64,000 nt of DNA, from positions 50,282,001 through 50,346,000 of the forward strand of contig NW_027361714.1 in the NCBI RefSeq assembly GCF_039654945.1, in the 5' to 3' direction. A program made the translations under genes and the position numbers. Below are positions 26,145-37,848 of the stretch, one piece after another; within the stretch, counting starts at the first letter, position 1, and every line of letters starts with the position of its first letter. The DNA is from Dendrobates tinctorius (taxonomy: Eukaryota). The notes beneath the pieces are model-generated. The model was not told the DNA's origin and searched no databases. It worked only from the letters and a program-made list of their open reading frames with translations.

Positions 26145-26534
26145 CATACCTCCCAACTTTTGAAGAAGGGAAAGAGGAACAAAGTCTGTGGCACACGTGG
26201 CGTGTCAAATTTTGGGCCACACCCTGACCACACCCATTTCACAACTAGTCACACATGTCCACGCCCCAACCACACCCATTTAGCACCGCTGATCACACTG
26301 ACTGGTACTGAGGGCACAGTGGCTGGCATTATGGGCACAGTGGCTTGTACTGAGGAAAAGAAAGAAAGAACAGAGAGAGAGAAAAAAGAAAACAGAGAGA
26401 AAGAAAGAAAGAACAGAGAGAGAAAGAAAGAAACAAAGAAAGTAAGAAAGAAAGAAAGAAAGAGGGGAAAGAAAGAACAGAGAGAAAGAAAGAAAGAGGG
26501 GACAGAAAGAAAGAACAGAGAGAAAGAAAGACGA

Positions 26535-26574
<40 letters not shown>

Positions 26575-27154
26575 ACAGAGAGAAAGAAAAAGGAGACAGA
26601 AAAAAAACAGAGAGATAGAGAGAAAGAAAGATGGGAAAGAAAGAACAAAGAGAGAGAAAGAAAGAGAAAGAAAGAAAGAAAGAAAGAACAGAGCTAGAGA
26701 AAGAACACAGAGAAAGAAAGAAAGAACAGAGAGAAAAAAACAGAGAGAAAGAAATAAAGATTCTATAAAGATACTATAGAATACTATACTCCCATTGTAG
26801 TGCCCACCTGAGCCTTACGGTGCAGGACATATCATGATCTGCTCACATGGCCGGCATCCCTGATTCCAAGATGATCCAGCTGTCTGTGCTGTTGGAGGAG
26901 GACATGGTGATGGATCTGAAGCATTCCCTGAAGTGCCTCCATGGCTCCGTCACAATCTCCTCCCGAAATTACCTCATTTCCGGTCAGCTTCTAGCACGTC
27001 ACCTCCTGTGGAACGCCACGTGCAAATTTTAAAGTGCTCCTCGGGGCTCCGCCGTGTACTCCTTTGTCCGCGGGAAAAGTAAGCTCCCAGCCGGGGCAGA
27101 CTCTCTCTCAAAATCGGGACTGTCCCGCTGGATCCAGGATGGTTGGGAGGTATG
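26145..27154. mobile_element. Non-autonomous DNA transposon (hAT-like) carrying a (GAAA)n tract ~26355-26760
   Basis: TIRs CATACCTCCCAAC / GTTGGGAGGTATG. Confidence 0.7.
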
Positions 27155-27164
27155 AATGCTCCCC

Positions 27165-27615
27165 ACCATACGCCTTGTACACGCATGGCTCCACACACCT
27201 CATACACACACGGTTCCGCTTTGTATGCCTTGTACACATATGGCTCCGCTCCATACACCTCGCACACACACGGCTCCACTCAGTACACACAGGGCTCCAC
27301 TCCGTAAACCTCGTACACGTGCGGCTCTGCTCCATACACCTTGTACACATGCGGCCACACTCTGTACACCTTGTACACACATGGCTCCACTCCGTAAACC
27401 TTGTATACATGTGGCTTTGCTCCATACACCTTGTGCACACGCAGTTCCGCTCCGCAAACCTCGTGTACACACGGCTCTGCACTGTACACACACGGCTCAG
27501 CTCCGTACACTTCGTACAGTACACACACGGCTACGCTCCGTAACTTCGCACACACACGGCTCTGCTCCATACACCTCGTACACATCTCCGCACCGCACAC
27601 CCCGTACACACGCCC
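27165..27615. repeat. ~30-bp minisatellite (GGCTCCGCTCCATACACCTCGTACACACAC)
   Basis: Direct reading. Confidence 0.85.
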
Positions 27616-30197
27616 CAGTTCCCTAATAACCTTGGACGCTCTTCTCTGCACCTGCTCTAGTTCAGCTATGTCTTTCTTATACACCGGAGACCAGAACTGT
27701 ACACAGTATTCTAAGTGTGGTCGCACTAGTGACTTGTATAGAGGTAAAATTATGTTCTCCTCATGAGCATCTATGCCTCTTTTAATGCATCCCATTATTT
27801 TATTTGCCTTTGCAGCAGCTGCCTGACACTGGCCACTAAATATGATTTTGTCATCCACCCATACTCTCAGGTCTTTTTCAGTGACAGTTTTGCCCAGTGT
27901 TTTACAATTAAGCACATAATTATACATCTTGTTCGTTCTACCCAAGTGCATGACCTTACATTTATCCCCATTAAAGCTCATTTGCCATTTATCAGCCCAA
28001 GCTTCTAGTTTACATAAATCCTCCTGTAATATAAAAGTGTCCTCCTCTGTATTGATTACCCTGCAGAGTTTAGTGTCATCTGCAAATATTGAAATTCTAC
28101 TCTCTATGCCCCCTACAAGGTCATTAATAAATATGCTATAAAGAAGCGCGTTCAATAGTGACCCCTGTGGTACTCCACTGCTAACTGTGACCCAGTCCGA
28201 GTGTGCGCCATTAATAACCACCCTTTGTTTCCTATTCCTGAGCCAGCTCTTAACCCACTTACACTTATTTGTATCAACCTTTTGTGTGGCACAGTATCAT
28301 AAGCTTGATTTGATATTCATAATGCAGACTGCTGACAGGTCACTGATCCCTCACTGACCTTCCCCCTAGTTTTCAAAATGAATACCATCACATACTGAAT
28401 TAAAAAAACGCTTCTGCAGGCAGGTGCCGGCTGTGGCACCAGCGCTGCAGCATAATAGCATGATTACTGTGCTCTTAATCCCTTTTGCAGATTTACTTGA
28501 GCGAGAAAAAAAAAGATGTCATTTTGAAAATGGCGCCTGGGGTGCCTGCAAAGTAGCAGCTATTGGTTTGCATAGAGATCTGATAGCTGCTGTTGCGCAT
28601 GTGCCTGCAGTGCCATCTTGCTGAAGAAGAAAAAAAAGTCTTCCACCAAGATGGCGGATCTCTATACCAACCAATAGCTGCTACTGCGTAGGTGCCTCGG
28701 GCGCCATTTTCAAAATTACTTTTTTTTTTCCTTACTCAAGTAAATCTGCAAACTATGGCGCAGGTCAGTGAGGGATCAGTGACCTGTCAGCAGTCTGCAT
28801 TGTGAATACCTTATCAGAGCACCACATACATGAACCCCGCCTAAGGACACAAGCATATAATTAACACAAAACTGAAAATAAAGATTAAGAAACAGCCTCA
28901 AGATGGATTTCATCAACCAAGGTATCATTTTAATCAGTATAACGGCGCAAACCTGATACTGTGTGTAGATTACTATGCATGTGAGGACCCCACGCCGTTT
29001 TCTTAAATTATTTATTTAAATAATTTAAAAAATCGGAATGGGGACCCCTCTATTCTTGATAACCAGCCTTGCTGAAACTGACAGCTGAGGGTTGCACCCC
29101 ACAGCTGTGAGTTTTGCCTGGCTAGTTATCAAAAATACAGGGGAACCCATGCCGTTTTATTTTTTTAAAAATTTATTTACAGCGCAGGAGCGGCAGATGA
29201 ATACTCCAATCCGCAGCGCCTGCTCTCACTGTTATTAACGGCAGCAGGTGTCGGCAGATGGGAGCAGTAGTCCCATCAGCTGAATCAAGTGGTAAACTTT
29301 ATACCTCCAATCACAGCTGTACACTCATGCTGTCATTTGACAGCATTAGAACTGTGGCTATGATTTTACCGCCGATCAGAAGCGGTGTTTGCCTCGCTGT
29401 CATGCACATGACAGGGTGGCAAACACTGGATGTTCAGGCCCCTCATTCAAGTGAATGGGGTCTGGGTTCGGGTCCAGGTACAGTTCTGATTCCCGAACCT
29501 GAACTTTTTGTAACGGTTCGGCCAAACCCACCAGCCCTGAACATACAAGTGTCCGTCCATCTTTAGTTATCGGATAAGACGCCGACTAACGAGAAACTTA
29601 GAGCTTGCTAGAGCTGAAGACTTAAAGAGGACTAAGAGCGTAAGATTAGTGGGGGTCCAGAGAGGTAGATCCAGTGTATCTATAGTGATAGGACTCAGAA
29701 CTGCTAAGTAAGTAGCAAGAAACTCGCTGATCAGGACTGTAGCCTGGAAGCTGGGTTGTGGTGAAATAGAGACAAAACAGATAAGCTGCAGAGCCCTGGA
29801 GTAGCCTACAGAGGAAGGATACAGTAGGAATGAAAAACTTCTTAGGCCTCTTTCACACATCAGGTTTTCGCCGTCAGGCGCGATCCGGCGCTTTTGACAG
29901 AAACCGGATCCGGCGAAATGCAATGCCGGATCCGGTTTCCCCCCCATTGACTTGCATTTGCGCCGGATCGCGCCGGATGGCCATGCGTTTCATCCGGTTT
30001 TCGCCGGATCCGGCAATGTGTCGCGATCCGGCGTCTGGAAAAAACGGCTACTGTAACGTTTTTTGTCTCCGGCGAAAAAGCCGGACACGCCGGATCCGGC
30101 GCGTCCGGCTTTTTCACACAATGAAAGCCTATGAGCGCCGCAATGCGCCGGATCCGGTTTTTTGGTCTGAGCATGCTCAGTAGCTCTGCCCACAAGA

Positions 30198-30210
30198 CAT
30201 ATATAAAAGC
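30198..30210 (+). promoter_or_regulatory. TATA box of the Harbinger MADF gene
   Basis: CATATATAAAAGC ~35 nt upstream of ATG 30241. Confidence 0.5.
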
Positions 30211-30240
30211 AAGACAGTGGGACCCACAGCCACACCCAAC

Positions 30241-33005
30241 ATGCCACCCAAGAAAGCAACCAAGCGAAGCAGGAGAAGGCAGGAGACCACTGCAGCACCA
30301 TCAGCACCACCACCACCCCAAATGGAGCAGCAAATAGAACATGCTGAGGAGGGGAGGCCAGCAGCAGATGAGAGACGGTAATTATCAAATCACCCATTCC
30401 TCCAAACTAGGGCTATTGAATATCAAGATATTCATTGGCCCTTTGTTTCTCTTTATTCAACAGCCGCCCAATAGATGCAGCAGCAGCAGCAGCAGCAATG
30501 GCAGCAGCTGGAACACCACCCACAGGCATGGAGTGTGGCCACCAGGAAGACAGCACATCATCTTCTGGGAGCCCTCCCTCGCATCGTCAGCGTTTGACGG
30601 TAAGTTTTTATTTCCAAAATCCATCTTCTCTGTAATATATGTCTATTCATTGCCTTTTATTTCAAAACAGGAATCACAAGATGAAGAGGAGCTCCCAGAA
30701 GAAGAAGGAAGGGGTGGACAGACACCTGGAGTGGGCTCACAATTGGTAAGTTTTTTGCATCAAACGCAGAAACACAACATCACACTACACACAACACATA
30801 GAAAACAATGTTCTGCAGACCACACACAGCAAACAAATGCCTACATCCAAAGACATAACATTTTTTGTTTTCTTCTCTAGTCTTCCCAATCTGGTGCTCG
30901 GCCAAGAGGTCCTCGCAGTGCCTCCCAGGGTCGTCGGCGACAGCAACGCGGCGGTCACCAGCGTGTAAGTATAAATATTTTTGCTTTGTTTTTTTGCACT
31001 TTTTATTTCATTTCTTATGTGGAGGCTAATTATGTTATTTTTGTCTTTTTCTTTAACAGCCTTCACAGCGTGCTCCCGACTCTGACGGTGAGGATGGAGG
31101 ACTCGATGTGGACCACCTCATCGATCTCATCAGAGAAAGGGAGCCGCTCTGGAATATGGCTGACCGCCGCCACGCTGACCTTATCGTTACCCGACGACTC
31201 TGGGAGGAAATCTGTTCGCTCCTTGTGGGCCGCTGGGAGGACCTCGATGTTCGGGCCCAGATTACAGAGCGTAAGTATATACAGTACCGGTTGCTTGATG
31301 TAAACCAGTGTTTCCCGAACTCCAGTCCTCGTGGTCCCCACGGATCATGTGTTCAGGATTTCTATTTACTATGGAAATCCTGAAAACATGACCCCTGGGG
31401 ACCATGAGGACTGGAGTTTGGGAAACACTGATGTTGTATACTAACCACTCCTTTCTCGTTTCAGGGAACAGAATTGTGAGTCGGTGGCGGTCTGTGAGGG
31501 ATCGTTTCAAGAAGGAGTTCAATAAAGAGATGCGGGCCCCGAGTGGATCTGGAGGACGCAGGAGCAAGTACAAGTACGCAGAAGCCCTGTCGTTCCTCCG
31601 GGAAACAATGGTCACCAGAAGGTAAATATTACATACCACATGTGAAAAAAAATGTTAGATGTAAATTTTTTTTTCAGCCAGGGCCATACCATGTCAGTAT
31701 TTTAGTTGTTTTTTATTCTCTTTATTCCACAGCACGGTGAGCAGCACTCGGGAGCCTGCACGATTGGACCCTTCTGAGGCGATCCCTGAGGAGACCGGCA
31801 CCGAGGGACACTTCGACCGCCCCGGTACATCTGCACCTTCCCAGCCTTCCCACACATTCGACCCATCTGTCCCATCCACCAGCACAGGAGCATCGTGGCC
31901 GCCTACATTACATGAAGCTGCTGGTGAGGAGATCGCTTTCCCTTTACCCCACCCTTCTGCCCCTGCCACCTCTAGTACACCTGCGGGTACTGGGCGGCAG
32001 CGGCAGAGGGGTCAGGAAAAGACTTATGCGCCAGAGTTCTTGCATCTGAATGCATCTTTCCAGAACTGTCTAAAAGTCTTGTCAGAGCAAATCTCTGCAG
32101 GCTATCAGCAGATCAACTCCAGCATTCTGGAGGTGAAGACACTTCTGCAAACCATGCATTCAGAAGCAAGATCTTCGCCAAACCACACCTTTTTCAGGTC
32201 TGTTGTGGAGCACATGGAAACGCTCTCTCCTGCCCAGCAGATGCATGTAATGCATTCATGCCACGCTGCTCTCCAGCAAGTTACCTCCCAACCTCCTCCT
32301 CCCACCACAGTAGTTCCTCCACCTGCACCCCCTCCAGCCACTTTCCATCCTCCCCCTCCTATTACATCTACACCCCCTCCAGCCACTTTCCATCCTCCCC
32401 CTCCTATTACATCTACACCCCCTCCAGCCACTTTCCATCCTCCCCCTCCTATTACATACCATCCACCTCCAGCCACTTTCCATCCTCCCCCTCCTATTAC
32501 ATACCATCCACCTCCCCAGCACCATCCACCTCCCCAGCACCATCCACCTCCCCAGCACCAGCAACCTCCCCAGCACCAGCAACCTCCCCAGTACCAGCAA
32601 CCTCCACAGTACCTGCAAACTCCCCAGTACCAGCAACCTCCCCAGTACCAGACATCTCCCCACTTCCAGCAACCTGCCCCGTACCAGACATCTCCCCACT
32701 TCCAGCAACCTGCCCCGTACCAGACATCTCCCCACTTCCAGCAACCTGCCCCGTACCAAACTCCTTCCCCATACAACTTGCCATCAACATCATCTGCTCC
32801 TACAGTCCCTGCCCAACCCTCCACTCCACCACCCACCACCTCTTCTGCTTCCCACATGTCCACCAATTCTGTAGTTTTTTCCACACCTTCACCTCTAACT
32901 GTTCCTTCCCCACCACGATCCCAGTCCTCTCTCCACACTCCCAGTGTCGAAGTGTCCCGCAGCCCCTACAGCAGTATTTCCACCACACACTACACAGATT
33001 TATAA
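30241..33005 (+). CDS. Harbinger Myb/MADF DNA-binding protein with BESS-like motif and Pro/Gln/His/Tyr-rich tail; 7 exons (30241-30377, 30464-30599, 30671-30745, 30881-30964, 31060-31270, 31465-31621, 31733-33005), 690 aa
   Basis: All introns GT-AG with consistent phase and no stop; MADF: LIDLIREREPLWN...LWEEI...IVSRWRSVRDRF...YKYAEALSFL; BESS-like NHTFFRSVVEHMETLSPAQQM. Confidence 0.88.
31306..31430. mobile_element. 125-bp palindromic hAT-type MITE in intron 5 of the MADF gene
   Basis: CAGTGTTTCCCGAACTCCAGTCCTC...GAGGACTGGAGTTTGGGAAACACTG. Confidence 0.8.
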
Positions 33006-33504
33006 TGTGTGTATTTAAATAAAAATGACCAGTTTTATGGTTTCAGTTTTATAGTTTCAAAGTTTTATTAAACAAGTTTATTAAAATTTTAAAAAAGTTT
33101 ACTAAAAAAAACATTTTTCAATAAAAGTTAAATTATTTTACACTGGTTGTCTGTCATTTCTTTCTGCGGCGAAAAAGGTTAAATACAGGGTATTTAAAAG
33201 GTGAAATGGTATTCAAAACTAGGTATATAACTGTGGGTAAATTTTAGCTTTTTGCCACAGTTGTGTTCCTGGTTGTGTTTGAAGCAAAGTATTTCAAATA
33301 AAAAGTTGTGTTTATTGTTGGTGATTTCCTAACAATGTACACAACTTTTGTTAAAAGGTGAAATACTTTGCATAAAACACAACCAGGTACACACCTGTGG
33401 CCTAAAGCTAAAAATAGAGACCATGACAAGATAGCCAACTTTGGTTGGCAAAGGTATATACTGTTGGTACAGAAGGTACACAAGTTTGGTTGGGCACAAA
33501 TCTT

Positions 33505-34887
33505 TCACACTCTGTCATCCTGCCAGTGTACTCTGCCTTGAGGTGACATAAAGTAAAGTGCAAAATTGTCCCTCATTACTGAAACCGTCACAGAACTTCT
33601 AGTGGTAATGTCATGGTAATCTTGCAAGGTGGTTTCTTCAGAGGTGTCCTCAATGGAAATGGGTTCCTTGCAGATAACAAAATTGTGGAGTACCACGCAC
33701 GCTTTGATCACCTCGTCCACAGTTTCTGTCTTGAGGTTGATCGCAGTCAATAGGACCCGCCATTTGGCTGTCAGAATACCAAAGGTACATTCAACCATTC
33801 TTCTTGCTCTTGTGAGGCGGTAATTAAAAATGCGTTTTGGTCTTGTCAATCCTCTGCTAGAGTACGGTTTCAAAAGGTGTTCTGACAGCTGGAAGGCTTC
33901 ATCCCCTACACAGACAAATGGCATAGGTGGACCAGATGTTTGCGGCAGCGGTCTAGGTGGTGGGAACTGGAAGGTGTTTCCATACAGTTTACGCCCCATG
34001 GCAGACAGTTTGAAAACTTGAGAGTCATTGGAGCGGCCATAGGCCCCAATATCAACCGCAATAAATTTGTATTCCGCGTCAGCGATGGCCATGAGGACAA
34101 TTGAAAAATATTTCTTGTAATTGAAATATTCCGATCCCGATCCAGCTGGCTTTACAATGCGGATATGTTTCCCGTCCACAGCGCCCAAGCAGTTTGGAAA
34201 CTGACATATCTGTTGAAACTTGTCAGCAATTTCAATCCACCTCTCTGTTGTGGGCTCTGGTAAAAACTCTTCAGCTAAGGAGTCTCACAGTGCACGGCAT
34301 GTGTACTTCACAATTCCAGATATGGTGGAAATCCCGAGTCTGTACTGGAAATGCAGTGACGAAAGGGATTCTCCAGTTGCAAGAAATCTGTGGGGAATTA
34401 AAAAACAATAAATTAGTTTTAAATCACAGCATTACATACCAAAACTGACCTATAACACTTGGAGATACAAACTACCACCAACAAGATTGCAGTGAAAGTG
34501 TGCTCTGATGCGATCATATCCAATAAATGTGGCTTACCTTAAAGTCACCATCAGACGCTCTGCGGGTGAAACAGAGAAGCGGCAATAGGTGTCCGCTTTT
34601 CTTATGAGGTGTGCAATGCGCTCCACCAAGTAATCAAAATTCTCCATTTTCATCCTAACATATCCAAAAAATGTATCCGGGTTTCGTCGAAGGTCCATGC
34701 ATAGTGTAGAATAGACCCCACGCGTCATTCTCTTGGCTGTGATGGGGTGGATCCACAAACGTCGTCTACGATGCCTGATGCGCTGCTGTCTCGCTCTCTC
34801 CTTCTCCAGAACAATCACCCTCAAACGATTTGCCTCCGCTGTAAAATCCGCCAAATTCTTCAAAATATTTCCAATGACAACATCCAT
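33505..34887 (-). pseudogene. Harbinger (HARBI1-like) DDE transposase, 2 exons (34887-34538, 34387-33505), single premature TGA at 34285-34287
   Basis: SPAERLMVTLR/FLATG, GAVDGKH, VGDEAF, RRMVECTFG motifs; CRAL*DSL where Trp is expected. Confidence 0.92.
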
Positions 34888-35607
34888 CTTCGCCAGTAAC
34901 TTGCTCTTCTCTCCAACCTGCACTTTCTCCTCTACAACCTGTCAAAGAAGGGCTGTAGGAACATGCTATATATAGTTTTCCAGTAGCCAATCCCGTTCGG
35001 AAGGCCACAAGGGTCAATTTTAAAAACCGGATCCGGCGTAATCCGTCGAAAAACGGATAGAAAAACGGATGAACCAGATGAGACGGATCCGGTTTTGTCT
35101 GTCAAGAAAAAGACGGATCCGGCAGAAAACCGGATCCGTCACATCCGGTTTTACGAAACATTTGCCGGATCCGGCGTTCCGGCACGACGCCGGATCGCGC
35201 CTGACGCCGAAAACCTGATGTGTGAAAGTAGCCTTACTGTGAAGGAAACATGTTTAAGACTGTACCTGCTATCCTTTGTACACATCCCTTATCAAGTGCA
35301 GTAAAGTCTCCATATTTAAACGTAGGTCTCCTTTATTAATCTGTGGAATTCTTGGTTTTGGCTTGCCAACACCAATGGCTGAAAGCGGCATGCACAGGAG
35401 TAAAGCCCACACAACATTAACACCGACACCCAGCCAGAACCCACTCTTTCATGTAGAGCGCCAAGGACGTGACAAGAGAAGATGAGAGCCTTGTCCGCCA
35501 GCTACGGCCCCGCACCACATTACAGCAGTTTGGGAATAGATGGGGATGATGCTGGAAATGTGAGAAGTCAAATGTGTTTTTGTTGTAAACCCCGTAGACG
35601 AGTCTTA

Positions 35608-36117
35608 GGCCTGTTTCACATTTCCGTTTTTTGATGTCAGTCAAAATCTGCCACTTTTAGAAAAAAAGGATCCGCCCCTTTTTTAGCGGATCCGCTTTTT
35701 TCCCCCATAGACTTACATTAGCGGTGGATTTTGACTGACGGTCGTCCATCTCACCCATTTTTTTGATGGATCCGTCAGAATTTTTGCGGCTCCCGGGCGG
35801 ATGAGACGGACTCTGAAACGTTTTTTCAGAGCGGCAGTCCGCTATTTTGTATTGCGCATGCCCGGCAGATTTGGACAGGCAGGGATTTTAACCCCTGAAT
35901 AGCGTTCCGGAAAAGCCGTGCAAACATAAACTCTCTCTCTTTCTTCTCTCTCTCTCTCCTTTTCCAGGACGTAGTACCTTTAAATTTCCAACTTCAGCGG
36001 ATCCGTCAAAAAAACGGTCCGGTGGCATACGTTGGTGTCACAACGCAAACGGATCCGTTTTTCACATCTTTCGCGGATTGCAACTGAACTAAAAAAAACG
36101 GAAGTGTGAAACAGGCC
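35608..36117. mobile_element. PIF/Harbinger MITE
   Basis: TTA|GGCCTGTTTCACA...TGTGAAACAGGCC|TTA; GGATCC-rich subterminal repeats. Confidence 0.9.
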
Positions 36118-37019
36118 TTAGCTGGAAGAAGTTTTCATGATGGTCTGGGTCAGATGTAAATGACAGGAAGAACGTCCTCTGTAAGTGACTATCCATAACT
36201 GTACTGTAATCTTTTATATGTTCTGCAAGACTGGTATCTACCACTACATGGTCACCGTATGACAGTAATATTGGTCTTGGTCCTTGTAAAGTGAATTTTA
36301 TTTAGTAACAGCATTATCATCTTCTTCTGAGGTGTCCACTATAGGAAAAATGTTTTGGGAATGCCACCTTAGTTTTAAACATAGTTAACTAGGTTAGAGG
36401 CCTAATTAGAAGTGTTTTGCACCCCCCTGGTGAACTCCAAGATACATCTCTGGTTCATATTAGTGTTTATAATAGAAGTGATGCTTCTGTGAAAAGTCCA
36501 AAGCCAAACTGATCCAGACGGACCATATTTACTTAGTTGTGTATTTTATACAGTAAAAATAAGTCCCATAAACTGTGCTAAATGAGACACTGCTGCCCCC
36601 TAGTAGGAATATTGTAGTATTACTGGATTTCATTTATAAAACACTTACTGCCGTCATCCATGGAAAGGAATATTTCTAAGACAATATATGATGTTAAGCA
36701 AACAAACTATGAATTAGTCAATGACTATTAAAAGAACAGAGAAAAACAGATTTTTATGTAAAGTAAGCTTGCAAAGTTGTATTCATCGGATCAACTAAGC
36801 CAAAACCCCCTAAATTACAACCTATTTACAGAACAGCTTGTACTTACTAGTGACCTTGGCATATCTGCTCATCGCTTTAAGGTCCCCTTCAAATGTCTGT
36901 GTTTCTAGGACGTGTGGCGTCCGTTTTCGCATGGACCGGAGACACGTACACACACACCCATTATAATTATGGGGACCATGTGACCGTGTGTCCATGTGAA
37001 CCATACAAATACATGTCTT

Positions 37020-37168
37020 TGACTGACATTGAAAGACTGACGCTAAATATGAGAGGTGGAGATTTAAAGAAACGTCTTCTGACACGTGAAGCTTACTGGA
37101 TATTTCACTTGAGTACATGCTTTCCTAATGGACTGAATGCCAGAAAAGAAATTATGTTTCATTATTAA
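37020..37168 (+). pseudogene. Penelope-like element GIY-YIG endonuclease C-terminus
   Basis: IERL...RGGDLKKRLLTREAYWIFHLSTCFPNGLN matches the PLE RE.YWI..L.T..P.GLN terminal motif. Confidence 0.8.
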
Positions 37169-37848
37169 TGTTTATTATATTTATATATATTTATATGTAA
37201 TTTTGTATTGCTGTGTTATTATATGTCTATTTTGTGTGCCTCTTTTTGCCATTTTGTTATTTTTTTCACATTTTTTTCACATTTTTTTCTTCCTTTTTTT
37301 TCTTTCACATCATGTGATTTAAATTTGATTTTATTGGGTGTAATGAGGTAATCTGTCACCACTTTTATGGCATAGCAGCTAAAAATATTGCCTTATTAAG
37401 TGTCTTCTATGCATTTCCTACATCATGATAGAACCCAATGACTCCCCTTGTATATTTGTAAACGAGTTTTAATGTGTCCCGCACTGTATGGTAATTTCTC
37501 AGTCCGGTCCGATGGGCTATGGGATATGGGATAGACAATGATGCTCTTTTTTTTCTCTAATAAAATGTGTGTGCTTTTGTGTATTAAAAATGCATTTTAA
37601 ATGCATAGAATATTACAGGCACTAATATGAACAAATTTTTGTTGGTAATGTGAATGATATAATAAGAACAATTTTTTCCAATGTTTTAAATACTAGTAAC
37701 GTGAACTCATAATGTATTAAAGTGTTAAACATAGGGAAAGTATAAGGGTCAGAAATTAGGACATAGGTATAGGATACAGTTCTAGATATAGATAAGGATT
37801 GGGAAAATACAGTGAAGGGCACAATAGAATCAGGAATTAGATAGTTAC

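Larger units (their letters stand above)
25760..28265 (-). mobile_element. CR1 LINE 3' fragment (RT coding ~27618-28260; 3' end ~25760-26140), interrupted by other repeats
   Basis: SGVPQGS, IFADDTKL, FNGDKCKVMHLG, LYKSLVRPHLEYCVQFWSP are CR1 RT motifs. Confidence 0.92.
29845..35233. mobile_element. Full-length PIF/Harbinger transposon (5389 bp, two convergent genes)
   Basis: TTA TSD at both ends; ~45-bp TIRs GGCCTCTTTCACACATCAGGTTTTCGCCGTCAGGCGCGATCCGGCG and its reverse complement; CCGGATCCGG subterminal repeats. Confidence 0.97.

Noticed and set aside
26160-26648. Lys/Glu/Arg-rich and Phe/Leu/Ser-rich ORFs
   Set aside because: Translations of a (GAAA)n microsatellite
27034-27626. His/Thr- and Cys/Val-rich ORFs, and the C-terminal extension of the CR1 ORF
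   Set aside because: Read-through of a stop-poor minisatellite
32105-33022. Alternative-frame and antisense ORFs (Gly/Trp-rich 277 aa; 254 aa)
   Set aside because: Shadows of the repetitive MADF last exon
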